From contig CBDAON010000004.1 in assembly GCA_965198065.1 (NCBI GenBank), forward strand, positions 928,001 to 992,000: DNA of 64,000 bases. Direction: 5' to 3'. Positions 47,151-57,042 of the stretch are shown one piece after another. Every line of letters begins with the position of its first letter. The stretch's first letter is position 1. Source of the stretch: Longimicrobiales bacterium (GTDB taxonomy: Bacteria > Gemmatimonadota > Gemmatimonadetes > Longimicrobiales > Gaopeijiaceae). Position numbers and translations under genes: made by a program. Below the pieces are notes generated by a model, which saw only the letters and a list, made by a program, of their open reading frames with translations, was not told the DNA's origin and did not search any database.

Positions 47151-47753
47151 CTATCGGCCGGGCCCTCCGCCTGAGGGACGGACCAGTCGGCTCAGCGCGT
47201 GCACGTCCCCCGCCAGCGGATCTTGGAAAACCAGGTTTCGTCGCAGCAGGGCGTCCAGGAGCGCCTTTCCATCTTCGTCCGGCGCCAGCTCCGCCAGTCC
47301 GGACGCCGGCACTCTCCCGGCTTCCTCCACGCTCCGCCAGAGCACCCGCTCCCGATCCGTACCGATGCCCAGGAGCTCGAAGCAGTCGGGCTCGACCTCG
47401 GCCACGACCGCAAGCGCGTGCCGTTCGAGGACGGTCTCGATGGGCTCCCGGTGGTGCGGGCGCACGCCCCGAAGAACGAAGAACACGCCGCTCCTCGACT
47501 CCGTGTAGCGGAGTAGGAGTTTGGCCACCACCTCGTCTGCGCACGAGTAGTCCAGAACCGCCACGGAGGACAGGTCCACCAGGGACAGCGCCGGCAGGCG
47601 AAGCTCTCCGAGCTGCCGTTCGATCGCTAGGCGCACGGCCCTCCCGGTGGGGCGGGTCACCAGGTGGGTGTAGAACTCCGCGACGCTGCGGGCGAGCACG
47701 TCGCGAACGTCCACGGCCACCTGGTCCGATCGGAGGTCTCGGGCCCGCCTCAT
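47151..47753 (-). CDS. STAS-like (DUF4325-like) domain protein with probable C-terminal winged-helix
   Basis: LVTRPTGRAVRLAIE..SLVDLSSVAVLDYSCADEVVAKL, then ERVLWRSVEEAG..GKALLDALLRRNLVF. Confidence 0.65.
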   Translation of the reverse strand: MRRARDLRSDQVAVDVRDVLARSVAEFYTHLVTRPTGRAVRLAIERQLGELRLPALSLVDLSSVAVLDYSCADEVVAKLLLRYTESRSGVFFVLRGVRPHHREPIETVLERHALAVVAEVEPDCFELLGIGTDRERVLWRSVEEAGRVPASGLAELAPDEDGKALLDALLRRNLVFQDPLAGDVHALSRLVRPSGGGPGR

Positions 47754-47783
47754 CCCGGCTGCTCCACGCCTCTCACGCCGCTC

Positions 47784-48680
47784 TCATGGACTCGACTCCC
47801 CATCGCTCGCCGGAAGAATGATCGTGATCTGGGCCCCGGGCACCGGGGTGAGCCCTTCCTCGAGAGGGGGCGCCTCCTCCCAGGCGGGCACGTCCGCAAT
47901 GCGCGCTATCCCGCTCCGGATCGCGATCACCCCGTCCCAACGGCGGACCTGTTTTCGGATCTGTTGGATGCCCTGGCCGCGGCCCTGGTCGGGGAAGCGC
48001 GTGAGCCCGTGGATGAAGGCGGCCTCGAGCGCCGTGGCGTCTCCCCATCGATCCCCGAAGCGACCGGAATGCTCCGCCGTGAGGGACTCCTTGAAGCCCC
48101 TCCCCACGTCGCCGACGCCGATGATCAGCACCGGCCTCCCGAGCCTCTTCTTCCAGAAGTACGCCTGGGCCGCCACCCAACCGGGGGCTCCCGCGTGCTC
48201 GAGGATGTTCTGGCACACCTCCGAGAGGATGACGGAGAACTGGAGCACGGCCGTGGGCGGGTACCGGAGGGTCCGGGACAGGATCGCGCCAGCCCGATCC
48301 TGCAGCTGCTCGATCAGGTCGTGCACGTCCCGGTTCTCGGCGATCGACGTGATCTCGAGGAGCACGTCGGACGCGCCGGCACCTCGAGCCGGCAGCGCTT
48401 CCGGCCCGCTGAAGATGTCGTCCGCCGCGGACCCGAACCCCATTCTCTGCATGTAACCTGAGACATCCCCGGAATCCGGCAGCCGTAGGCCGGAGCGCTC
48501 GCCGGTTCGATCCAGGAGGAGGCGCCCCGCGCAGAGGAGCCCGATCATCCCGACCGGATCCACCCAGCGGACGTGGCGCGCGTCGAACAGGATCTTGGGC
48601 TCGTCTCCCGTCCGGAGCGCAGCGAAGATGTCCTCGAGGGATCGGTAGTCCAGGGACGCGGGCAGGGACACGACCTTCAT
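47784..48680 (-). CDS. STAS-like domain fused to a RsbW/SpoIIAB-like HATPase (putative Ser/Thr kinase)
   Basis: KILFDARHVRWVDPVGMIGLL, N-box LSEVCQNILEHA, G1 GDVGRGF, G2 GRGQGI, no recognisable HisKA domain. ATG overlaps the pfkB stop. Confidence 0.75.
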   Translation of the reverse strand: MKVVSLPASLDYRSLEDIFAALRTGDEPKILFDARHVRWVDPVGMIGLLCAGRLLLDRTGERSGLRLPDSGDVSGYMQRMGFGSAADDIFSGPEALPARGAGASDVLLEITSIAENRDVHDLIEQLQDRAGAILSRTLRYPPTAVLQFSVILSEVCQNILEHAGAPGWVAAQAYFWKKRLGRPVLIIGVGDVGRGFKESLTAEHSGRFGDRWGDATALEAAFIHGLTRFPDQGRGQGIQQIRKQVRRWDGVIAIRSGIARIADVPAWEEAPPLEEGLTPVPGAQITIILPASDGESSP

Positions 48681-49780
48681 GTGGAGCCTTCCCTCCCTCC
48701 CTTCGCGGCGCGGGCCGCGTCCACGCCCGCACCTCCCTCGACTCGTCCCAGAAGGTGGAGCCCCAGGCCCGCCGCGCCGCGGTGCTCCAGGTTCCGCCCA
48801 GCCCAGACGTTCGCCGTCCGCATCGCCTCTTCGAGCGGGGCTCCGGAGAGAAGCCTCGCGAGACAGGTCGCCCCCCACACGTCCCCGCACCCCGTCGGAT
48901 CCCCGTGGATCACCTCGTGCTCGCTCGGGACCTTTGCGGTCCGGGCCGGCCCTGGGGCGGCCATCCGCCGGCGTGCCCGCGGCCACGCGAAGGGGTCGTC
49001 CACGAACGCGGAGCTCGCGACGTAGGCGGCGCCGCGCGGACCGAGCGTGACGGCGATCAGCTTCAGGTCCGGGCCGACGGCCGACGCGGCGAGGCCCCAG
49101 GGGTCCCCGTGCTTCCGACCGAGCAGCTCGAACTCGCCCTCGTTCATCTGGACGGCGTCGAACGACTTGAGCCATTCGGCCCAATCCGCGAGCGGGCGCG
49201 GGACGCGGTCCCCGTGCTTGCCGATCCCGAGGAAGAGCGAATGGAGATCGGCGTACATTGGCCCTCCGAACGCCGCCCTAAGCGATCGCGCCGTCTCCAG
49301 GTCCATCTCGAACCCCGAGATGAAGTTGACGTAGAGGGCATCACAGTCCCCGGCGAGGGGGCCGAGCTCCATCCATGCCCAGGGAGGCACGCCGCCGCTC
49401 AGACGCTCGGCCTCCCGGACCTGGCCCATGTACCGGAGCTCGACCCGGTTGTGCGGCTCCTGGACGACCTTCACGCCCCGTTCCGCCTCGGTCCGCGGCA
49501 GCCCGCGGAGGTAGCGGAAGGCATCCTCCGCCTTGTCCATTCCGACCTTAAGTAGAGGAAGAACTCTCCAGCCCGGAGGGAGACCCGCGGAGAGGGCCTC
49601 GAGCGCGTAGCCGATCCCTCCCCACTCCTCGATCGGGCCCGGGCGCCCGTCCCGGTAGTGAATCGTGTCCCAGACCAGGGTTCCGACGACCCCGAGCGTG
49701 CGGGAAGCGTCGGCGGGTGGGCGGTCCGCGCGCTGCGAGGGGGGCGTGCCGCCGGAGGACCCGAAGGCTGGATCAGACAT
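48677..49780 (-). CDS. PfkB/ribokinase-family carbohydrate kinase
   Basis: [41 protein letters not shown] signature. Confidence 0.88.
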   Translation of the reverse strand: MSDPAFGSSGGTPPSQRADRPPADASRTLGVVGTLVWDTIHYRDGRPGPIEEWGGIGYALEALSAGLPPGWRVLPLLKVGMDKAEDAFRYLRGLPRTEAERGVKVVQEPHNRVELRYMGQVREAERLSGGVPPWAWMELGPLAGDCDALYVNFISGFEMDLETARSLRAAFGGPMYADLHSLFLGIGKHGDRVPRPLADWAEWLKSFDAVQMNEGEFELLGRKHGDPWGLAASAVGPDLKLIAVTLGPRGAAYVASSAFVDDPFAWPRARRRMAAPGPARTAKVPSEHEVIHGDPTGCGDVWGATCLARLLSGAPLEEAMRTANVWAGRNLEHRGAAGLGLHLLGRVEGGAGVDAARAAKGGREGST

Positions 49781-51572
49781 CCAACGAGAGGACGGCCAGG
49801 AAGGCTTCCTGGGGGATCTCGACGGAGCCGATCTGCTTCATCCTGCGCTTCCCTTCCCTCTGCTTCTCCAGGAGCTTCCTCTTCCGCGTCACGTCACCGC
49901 CGTAGCACTTCCCCGTCACGTTCTTTCGGAAGGGCTGGATGTTCTCCCGCGCGACGATCCGTCCCCCGATCGCCGCCTGCAGCGCGACCTGGAACTGCTG
50001 CCTGGGGATCAGCTCCCTCAGCTTCCTCACCAGATCCCGTCCGTAGCCCTCGGCCTTGGTCTCGTCGATGATCACGGAGAACGCGTCCACCGGATCCGAG
50101 TTCACGAGAATGTCCAGTCGGACGAGGTCGCCCTCGCGGTACTCGAGGAACTCGTAGTCGAAGGCGGCATAGCCGCGCGTCCCGCCCTTCAGCTTGTCGT
50201 AGAAGTCGAAGACTATTTCCGCCAGTGGGAGCTCGTAGTCCAGCTCCACCTGCGACCGATCCACGTAGCGCATCTCTCTGAACACTGCCCTGCGCTCGTG
50301 TGCGAGCTTCTGCACGTTCCCGATGTACTCCGCGGGACAGAGGATCCGCGCCCGGACGACCGGCTCCGAGATCGTATCGATCACGCCCAGATCGGGGAGC
50401 TTCGTCGGGTTCTCGACCGTGATTACACTCCCGTCCGTGAGACACACGTGGTACTCCACGTTCGGCACCGTCGTGATCAGGTCCACCCCGAACTCGCGGT
50501 CCAGCCGTTCCTGTACGATCTCCATGTGAAGGAGCCCGAGGAAGCCGCAGCGGAAGCCGAAGCCTAGGGCAGCCGACGTCTCGGGCTCGAAGTGGAGGGC
50601 TGCGTCGTTCAGGCGGAGTCGCTCGAGGGCGTCCCGGAGCTCCTCGTACTCGTCCGAGTTGGTCGGGTAGACACCCGCGAACACCATCGGGCGGGCTTCC
50701 TTGTAGCCCGGAAGGAGCTCGGCGGCCACACGCATCGCGTCCAGAACGGTGTCGCCCACCCGCGTATGCGAGACCTCTTTGATCACGGCCGCGAGGTAGC
50801 CGACCTCTCCCGGCCCGAGCTCGGGGCAAGGAATCCGCTTGAGCTTCAAGGTCCCCACCTCGGTTACGTGGTACGTCCCCTCGTGGGATCCGAACGCGAT
50901 CGCCATCCCGGGTCGGACGACCCCGTCGACCACCCGGATCGAGGGGACGGCACCCAGGAACGGGTCGTAGTAGGAGTCGAAGATGAGGGCGCGCAGCGGA
51001 GCGTCCGCTTCTCCTCGCGGGGGCGGGACCCGCGTGACGACGGCCCCCAGAACGTCCCGGATGCCGACCCCCTCCTTCGCCGACACCTCGAGGATCGTAT
51101 CGGGATCCACTCCAAGGAGCTCGGCCAGCTCCGCTCGACGCTTCTCCGGCTCAGCGCTCGGAAGGTCGATCTTGTTCAGGACCGGGACGATCTCGAGCCC
51201 GGCGTCCACCGCCAGGAAGAGGTTCGAAATCGTCTGCGCCTGGATCCCCTGACTGGCGTCCACCACGAGGATCGCGCCCTCGCACGCCGCGAGGGAGCGG
51301 GACACCTCGTAAGTGAAGTCCACATGCCCCGGCGTGTCGATGAGGTTCAGCGTGTACGACGCGCCGTCCGCCGAGGCGTATTCCATCCGCACGGCGTGCA
51401 GCTTGATCGTGATGCCTCGCTCCCGCTCGAGCTCGTTCGAGTCGAGGACCTGGGCCCGCATGGCACGGGAGTCCAGCGTCCCGGTCATCTCGAGCAGGCG
51501 ATCCGCGAGCGTGGACTTGCCGTGGTCGATGTGAGCCACGATGCAGAAGTTACGGATCTGGGAGGTCTTCAC
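49773..51572 (-). CDS. lepA: Translation elongation factor 4
   Basis: [68 protein letters not shown] 51572. Confidence 0.98.
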   Translation of the reverse strand: MKTSQIRNFCIVAHIDHGKSTLADRLLEMTGTLDSRAMRAQVLDSNELERERGITIKLHAVRMEYASADGASYTLNLIDTPGHVDFTYEVSRSLAACEGAILVVDASQGIQAQTISNLFLAVDAGLEIVPVLNKIDLPSAEPEKRRAELAELLGVDPDTILEVSAKEGVGIRDVLGAVVTRVPPPRGEADAPLRALIFDSYYDPFLGAVPSIRVVDGVVRPGMAIAFGSHEGTYHVTEVGTLKLKRIPCPELGPGEVGYLAAVIKEVSHTRVGDTVLDAMRVAAELLPGYKEARPMVFAGVYPTNSDEYEELRDALERLRLNDAALHFEPETSAALGFGFRCGFLGLLHMEIVQERLDREFGVDLITTVPNVEYHVCLTDGSVITVENPTKLPDLGVIDTISEPVVRARILCPAEYIGNVQKLAHERRAVFREMRYVDRSQVELDYELPLAEIVFDFYDKLKGGTRGYAAFDYEFLEYREGDLVRLDILVNSDPVDAFSVIIDETKAEGYGRDLVRKLRELIPRQQFQVALQAAIGGRIVARENIQPFRKNVTGKCYGGDVTRKRKLLEKQREGKRRMKQIGSVEIPQEAFLAVLSLDV

Positions 51573-51693
51573 GGACCGGAAGAGAGCGAGGTGGCCACGA
51601 AGGAGCTGTGAAAATAACTGGTCGCCGCTGGCGCGCGAAGGGGTTCGGGCTGTAGCGTTCGGGGTCCTGCCCTCCCTCTGATCGGGACCGGAA

Positions 51694-52713
51694 ATGCACG
51701 CTGGAACCGAGTGGCTCGGGCCCCCCATTCTGGCGGTCCTCACGCTCGCGACGCCCGACCGGGCGGCCGCCCAGGGGATCGCGGCGGACCTCGCGGGGCT
51801 CGCCCAGGAGAACGCGGAGCTGTTTGTCCAACCGCTGACCCGCGGCCTCGGATTCGCGATGGCCACGGGACTGTTCGACGGTGCCGAGCCTCTCGGCCGG
51901 TTCGGGTTCGACGTCGGGGCGCGGGTGAGCGCTGCGCTGCCTCCCACCGAGGCCGAGACGTTCAGCGCCGTGCTTCCGTTGAGCATCGAGTGGAACCGCC
52001 CCGGGCTCGGCCCGAAGACCTACCAGAGCTCGTTTCAGGCCAGAGGGGGCAGCTCCCTCACGCCGACCGTCGTGGGCGCGGGGGAGGGGGTGGTCCTCGA
52101 GCCCGCGGGAGCGTTCCGGAGCGACCTCCTTCTCGACGGCGAGGACCCGGCGGACTACGAGATCCGGTTCCCCGAGGGGCTGGACATTCCGGGCGTCCCG
52201 TTCCTCGTCGTGCACGCTTCCGTCGGCCTCGGCCTCGGAACGGACCTGAGCTTCCGCTTCATCCCCGAGATCGATGTGGACCAGGAGGTGGGCGGAGTTC
52301 GCGCCCGGGGATTCTCCGGCCGGCACGCCGTCTCGACGTGGTTCCCCTCTCCCATCGACATCGCCCTCGTGTTCGGATCCCAGAAGCTCGAGGTCGGCGA
52401 CTACCTCGAGGCGTCGTCCACGCAGTACGGGGTCGTCGCGGAACGCGGGCTCGGACCGCTCTCCCTCTTCGTCTCGGGAATCGCCCGCACGGCGAAGGTG
52501 GATATCTCTTACACGGTCGAGAACCCGGATGACAACCCCGGGCTTCCCCAGGACGGGTTCGAGATCGACTTCCGCGAGGATCTGGACTCCGGCGTCGCCC
52601 TGGGCGCGGGCGCCCGCCTCTCCCTCCTCTTCATGAACCTGACGGGGCAGTACGTGCTGGACGACTACAACGGCTTTTCCCTCAAGGTGGGATTCGGAGC
52701 AGGGAGGCGCTGA
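51694..52713 (+). CDS. Exported beta-barrel-like protein (DUF6588-like)
   Basis: Signal peptide, [36 protein letters not shown]-terminal FSLKVGF strand. Confidence 0.65.
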   Translation: MHAGTEWLGPPILAVLTLATPDRAAAQGIAADLAGLAQENAELFVQPLTRGLGFAMATGLFDGAEPLGRFGFDVGARVSAALPPTEAETFSAVLPLSIEWNRPGLGPKTYQSSFQARGGSSLTPTVVGAGEGVVLEPAGAFRSDLLLDGEDPADYEIRFPEGLDIPGVPFLVVHASVGLGLGTDLSFRFIPEIDVDQEVGGVRARGFSGRHAVSTWFPSPIDIALVFGSQKLEVGDYLEASSTQYGVVAERGLGPLSLFVSGIARTAKVDISYTVENPDDNPGLPQDGFEIDFREDLDSGVALGAGARLSLLFMNLTGQYVLDDYNGFSLKVGFGAGRR

Positions 52714-52746
52714 GGGTCGGTCGCGGCGGCAACCCCCTCCCTATCG

Positions 52747-53841
52747 TCAGGGCTGGGGATCCCCCTGCTGATTGACGCGCCGCTGCAAGACTGGTCGATC
52801 GTCCTGGTTGCCCGACGCAGGATCCAGTAGGCTCGGCGGCCCTGCGTCCAGCACACCTGGCGGAATTCCATCGAAGCGCGGGGTTGCGAGCCCAGTCGGC
52901 GTAAAGCCTGGCGCCACCGCGCCGGCCTGCTCGAGAAGGTTTAGCATCTCGGCCGTCGCGTCGATCGCCTGTCCGAGCTGAGCCCGGGACAGGACGAAGG
53001 GTGCCATGGGACCCACCCTGGCCCGCACGTCCGGTGTCCCCGCCTCTCCCGGGAACCGCTCCCGGAACGCGAACTGCGGAAGCCCCGGAAAGGGCGGGTT
53101 CGGGTAGGCTACCCGGCTGCCCTGATAACGGGTGACCGGGTAAAAGTAGGGATCATTGAAGATCACCACCTGCACGAGCGGGCACGCCTGCTCGTAGGGG
53201 TTCCAGGCCGCGAACGGCACAGGCTCGTGGCACTGGTAGCAGAGGAAGCGCGGAAAGGAGAAGGTCTGCTCCACGTGATAGGCCGTGAAGTCGAGGGCTA
53301 GCTCCAGGCGCTCGGCGTTCGGCAGGAACAGCCGCATGAGGTCGTCCACGGACACGTAGGGGTCCTGACCGATTCGGACACCCGCTCCCGACAGCGCCCA
53401 CTGCCGCCCCGCGTCGCCCTCGGCAAGCCACCCGAAATAGAAGGGCCGCTCGGAGGCAAGGATGAAGAAGTACCCGACCCCGGGCTCGCCCTCCACGAGC
53501 CAACCCTCGGACGCGGTTGGAATCAACCGATAATCGCTGCCCCCCCGCACTTGATGGAGCTGGTCGTCCGGGCCGGACGGGAGGACGAGCCTTAACGCCC
53601 CGTCCGTGTCCACGTGAAGAATGGCGACGTACGCGTCGTCTGACGATCGGTAATAGACGCGGACCCGGTCCCCCTGCTCGAACACCGGGTCTACCCCGCG
53701 GTCCATCCAGATCCTCGCCTCCATCCGGCCCGGCCCGCCGCTCCGGAGTGTCAGCTGCGCGCCGACGAGCTCCTGACCGCCGGCGAGGGCGAGGGTCAGG
53801 CAGGCGAGCGTAGCCGCCGGGAGTCTCTTGCTCACGTTCAT
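52747..53841 (-). CDS. Secreted DUF4384-domain protein with a CxxCH motif
   Basis: Signal peptide, FEQGDRVRVYYRSSDDAYVAILHVDTDGALRLVLP..GVGYFFILASERPF (DUF4384 pattern), FPRFLCYQCH. Confidence 0.75.
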   Translation of the reverse strand: MNVSKRLPAATLACLTLALAGGQELVGAQLTLRSGGPGRMEARIWMDRGVDPVFEQGDRVRVYYRSSDDAYVAILHVDTDGALRLVLPSGPDDQLHQVRGGSDYRLIPTASEGWLVEGEPGVGYFFILASERPFYFGWLAEGDAGRQWALSGAGVRIGQDPYVSVDDLMRLFLPNAERLELALDFTAYHVEQTFSFPRFLCYQCHEPVPFAAWNPYEQACPLVQVVIFNDPYFYPVTRYQGSRVAYPNPPFPGLPQFAFRERFPGEAGTPDVRARVGPMAPFVLSRAQLGQAIDATAEMLNLLEQAGAVAPGFTPTGLATPRFDGIPPGVLDAGPPSLLDPASGNQDDRPVLQRRVNQQGDPQP

Positions 53842-53859
53842 GGATGCCCGCGTGCCCTA

Positions 53860-53875
53860 AGCAGAGATCGTGCCA
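53860..53875 (-). promoter_or_regulatory. Candidate sigma54 (-24/-12) promoter
   Basis: TGGCAC-GATCT-CTGCT versus consensus TGGCAC-N5-TTGCW, 19 nt upstream of the DUF4384 ATG. Confidence 0.5.
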
Positions 53876-54023
53876 CGATCGATGGGGGTCGTGAGCCGGG
53901 AACGCCCCGCGTCCGGGCCCCGGTCGGCCCGCCTTCCGGCGAGGGGCGACCTCCCCCTCACGGCCCTTTGGTGTCCTCCACGGAGGACGCCCCGACGACA
54001 CACTTGGAGTACACGTAGCCGGA

Positions 54024-54052
54024 TTGCCCCCAAAACGTTCCACGGGTACCTT
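54024..54052 (+). promoter_or_regulatory. Sigma70-like promoter for the DUF58 gene
   Basis: TTGCCC-N17-TACCTT, 10 nt before the ATG. Confidence 0.45.
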
Positions 54053-54062
54053 CGCACGTTCC

Positions 54063-54992
54063 ATGACGCAGACCTCCACGGCCCCCGCGCGGTCCCGCCG
54101 CGCGGACCTTCTCACGCCTCAGGATCTGGCGTCCCTCGGGGGACTCGAGATCCTCGCCAAGGCGGTGGTGGAAGGGTTCTTCCTCGGCCTCCACCGCTCC
54201 CCCCACCGGGGGTTCTCCGCGGAGTTCGCCGACCACCGGGGCTATCGTCCCGGGGACGACCTCCGGCACATCGACTGGCGCATGTTCGCGCGGTCGGACC
54301 GCTACTACGTGAAGCAGTTCGAGGAGGAGACGAACCTCCGGGCTCACCTCCTTCTCGACGTGAGCGCGTCGATGGGGTGGACGTCCAGCCCGGGAGCCCT
54401 ACCGACCAAGCTCTGGTACGGACGAACGCTCGCGGGCGCGCTAGCCCTGCTCCTGCTCCGGCAGGGAGACCGGGCAGGGCTGGCCCTGTTCGACGACCGA
54501 ATCCGGTCGTGGGTCCCGTGCCGCGGCGGGCGCCAGCAATGGGTGGAGTTCGTGCGCCGGCTGGAGTCGATCGAAGCGTCGGGAACGACCGACGCTTCGC
54601 CGGCCCTGAGGGAAGTGGCTCTTCGGCTCAGAAGGCGGGGGCTCGTTATCCTGCTCTCGGACCTGCTCCTGGACCCGGGGGCGACCCTGCACGCGCTTCG
54701 CTACCTGCGCCATCGGGATCACCAGGTCATGCTGTTCCACATCTTCGACCCGGGCGAGCGGGATCTCGGCGGGGCCGGAGACGCGCGGTTTCGGGACCCC
54801 GAGACGTCCGAGGAGCTGCTTGTGGACGTCGCGGAGGTCCGTCGGGAGTATCGGGAGGCGGTCGACCGCTCGATCGACGAATGGCGGCGAGCCCTTCGCC
54901 CGAGCGGCATCGAGTATCAGGTCGTCGAAACGTACCAGCCGCTCGGGCAGGCGCTTCGCGCGTTCCTCCGGAAGCGAGAGAGGCTCGGCTGA
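54063..54992 (+). CDS. DUF58 (vWA-like) protein
   Basis: GLHRSPHRGFSAEFADHRGYRPGDDLRHIDW, VKQFEEE, LLDVSASM, LLSDL. Confidence 0.92.
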   Translation: MTQTSTAPARSRRADLLTPQDLASLGGLEILAKAVVEGFFLGLHRSPHRGFSAEFADHRGYRPGDDLRHIDWRMFARSDRYYVKQFEEETNLRAHLLLDVSASMGWTSSPGALPTKLWYGRTLAGALALLLLRQGDRAGLALFDDRIRSWVPCRGGRQQWVEFVRRLESIEASGTTDASPALREVALRLRRRGLVILLSDLLLDPGATLHALRYLRHRDHQVMLFHIFDPGERDLGGAGDARFRDPETSEELLVDVAEVRREYREAVDRSIDEWRRALRPSGIEYQVVETYQPLGQALRAFLRKRERLG

Positions 54993-54995
54993 CCC

Positions 54996-56969
54996 GTGGC
55001 GTTCTTGAACCCCCTGTTTCTCCTCGGCCTTGCCGCGATCTCGGTCCCGATCCTCCTCCATCTGCTACGCCGCCGGGAGTCGCGCTTTCTTATCTTCCCG
55101 GCCCTCCGCTATCTGAAGAGGACCACGCAGGAGCACGCGCAGATCATTCGCCTCCGGCAGATCCTGCTTCTCGCGCTCCGGGTGCTGGCGGTCGTCCTCC
55201 TCATCGCGGCGGGCGCCAGGCCCGTCCTTCCGGTTGGGGGTCGGGACCATCCCCCGGCCGGGATCGCCCTCGTCGTGGACAACGGGATCACATCCGGCGG
55301 AATCGTCGGAGACGCACGCCTCCTGGACTCGCTCGTCCATCGCGCCAGCGAGGCTCTGGAACAGGCGGGAGCCAGGGACCGAATCTGGATTGTGCCCGCC
55401 GGAGAACCGTGGCGCCCCTCGGTCCCCCTGGGGTTGGACGAGGCGCTGGGCACCCTCACCTCGCTCCGGCACTCGGACGTCGGATCGGACCTCACGGCCG
55501 CGGTCGCTAGGGCCGGAGCCCTCCTGGACGCGGCGGTGCCGGAGCTCCGGGAGATCGTCCTCGTCTCGGACCTGAGGCGGGAAGCGCTTCCCGCACCCGA
55601 ACCGGGCGCGGAGCCTCGACCGGATCCGCTGACCGTGGCGCCTCCCCCCGGCGGCTCCAGGCCGAGCCGCGGCATCGCAAGCATCCGGGTGTCGGGCGGG
55701 CTCGCCCCGCGGGCCGGCGAGCCGGGAGAGATCCAGGTCGATGTTCGGGGCGAAGGGGCGGAGGGCATCGTGGTCCGGAACTACGTCGAGGACCGTCTCG
55801 TGGCCACGGGCACGGTCGGGCCCGCGGGTACGGCCATCCTGCCCCTTCCCCCCCTGGCCGCCGGATGGGTGGAGGGGAGAGTGGAGCTGGACCCGGACGA
55901 CCTCAGGGCGGACGACCGGGCTTACTTCGCGTTTCGGGCGATTCCACCGCCCGGGGTGACGACCGCCGGGTCCCTTCCCCCGGAGCTTATTGACGCCCTG
56001 GACGTGCTCGAGGACGCGGGGCGGATCCGGACCGCGGCCCCGGAAGATGCTGCGGTGCACCTCGTGAGCGCGGGCGCGGTGTCCACGCCCCCGCTGGGCA
56101 CGGCTGTCGTGCTTCTTCCGCCCGCGGACGCCGCGCTCCTCTCGTCCGCGAACCGGATCCTGGGTGAGCTCGCGCCGGGATGGCGATTCGATCCCGTGCC
56201 TGACGGGGAAGGTACGGAGCGGGAGGTCTCCGGGGGAACGCTCCTCCCTTCCCTCCCCATCCACCCGCGGGTGCGGATCGCCTATCGGATCCGGCCGGCT
56301 GGACCCACGGGCGCCTGGACCGAGCTCCTCAGCCTCTCGGACGGCGAGCCGTGGCTGGTCCACGTGGCGGCGGGGGGGCGGTCGATCTTCATCGTGGGCT
56401 CGCCGCTCGCCGAGGACGCGTCGAGCCTCCCCACGTCCGCCGGGATGGTCCCCTTCGTGGATCTCCTCACGTCCCTCCCGTCAGACGACGCGGGGAGCGG
56501 AGTGTACCGAACAGGCGACCCGATCCCGACGCCCGCCGGCGCGGTGGCTCTCCGCCTTCCGGACGAGACGACGAGGCCGCTCGGCGGCGTATCCAGCTAC
56601 CCGGAGACCGGGGAGGCGGGCGTTTACCGCTTCCTGGACTCCAGTGGCGAGATCGTCGGGCGGGTGGCGGTGAATGCCATCCCGCCCGGCCTCGACCCTC
56701 CCTACACGCCCGAGGAAGCCGCCGCCCGGCTCCAGAGCCGCTGGGAGGGGGCTCGGGCCGGGGACCGCTGGCCGGACGCAGTCCTCGAGGGTCGGACGGG
56801 CCGCGAGATAGGACGACCCCTCGCCGCGATCCTCTTTGTCCTTCTCCTCTTCGAGACCTGGCTCGCGGCCTCCGGAGCCGGTGGGCTCGGGATCTTCCGG
56901 GGCGCCGGCGGGGAACACTCCGACCTCTCCGCGACTAGGGAACGTCTCCAAACGCGGAGTTCGCCTTAG
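54996..56969 (+). CDS. BatA-domain / vWA-like membrane protein
   Basis: MAFLNPLFLLGLAAISVPILLHLL..FPALRYL..LLLALR..ARP, VVDN, LVSD, DDLRADD, C-terminal TM LLLFETWL. Confidence 0.85.
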   Translation: MAFLNPLFLLGLAAISVPILLHLLRRRESRFLIFPALRYLKRTTQEHAQIIRLRQILLLALRVLAVVLLIAAGARPVLPVGGRDHPPAGIALVVDNGITSGGIVGDARLLDSLVHRASEALEQAGARDRIWIVPAGEPWRPSVPLGLDEALGTLTSLRHSDVGSDLTAAVARAGALLDAAVPELREIVLVSDLRREALPAPEPGAEPRPDPLTVAPPPGGSRPSRGIASIRVSGGLAPRAGEPGEIQVDVRGEGAEGIVVRNYVEDRLVATGTVGPAGTAILPLPPLAAGWVEGRVELDPDDLRADDRAYFAFRAIPPPGVTTAGSLPPELIDALDVLEDAGRIRTAAPEDAAVHLVSAGAVSTPPLGTAVVLLPPADAALLSSANRILGELAPGWRFDPVPDGEGTEREVSGGTLLPSLPIHPRVRIAYRIRPAGPTGAWTELLSLSDGEPWLVHVAAGGRSIFIVGSPLAEDASSLPTSAGMVPFVDLLTSLPSDDAGSGVYRTGDPIPTPAGAVALRLPDETTRPLGGVSSYPETGEAGVYRFLDSSGEIVGRVAVNAIPPGLDPPYTPEEAAARLQSRWEGARAGDRWPDAVLEGRTGREIGRPLAAILFVLLLFETWLAASGAGGLGIFRGAGGEHSDLSATRERLQTRSSP

Positions 56970-57042
56970 TGCCGCCACAGTGGATGCGGCGGCGGCGAAT
57001 GCCAGCGGACTCCTGACTCGGGACCCCAGGCTAGAGCCGGCT

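Noticed and set aside
47784..48680. Classical two-component histidine kinase
   Set aside because: No recognisable HisKA/DHp domain, sensor TM region or response regulator. It fits RsbW/SpoIIAB-like GHKL proteins better.
49773..51986. Long N-terminal extensions in the ORF track (lepA, hflX, cca, mfd, ccmC, mutM, M16)
   Set aside because: They overlap neighbouring genes and are low-complexity. Downstream starts match family N-termini, RBSs or stop/start overlaps.
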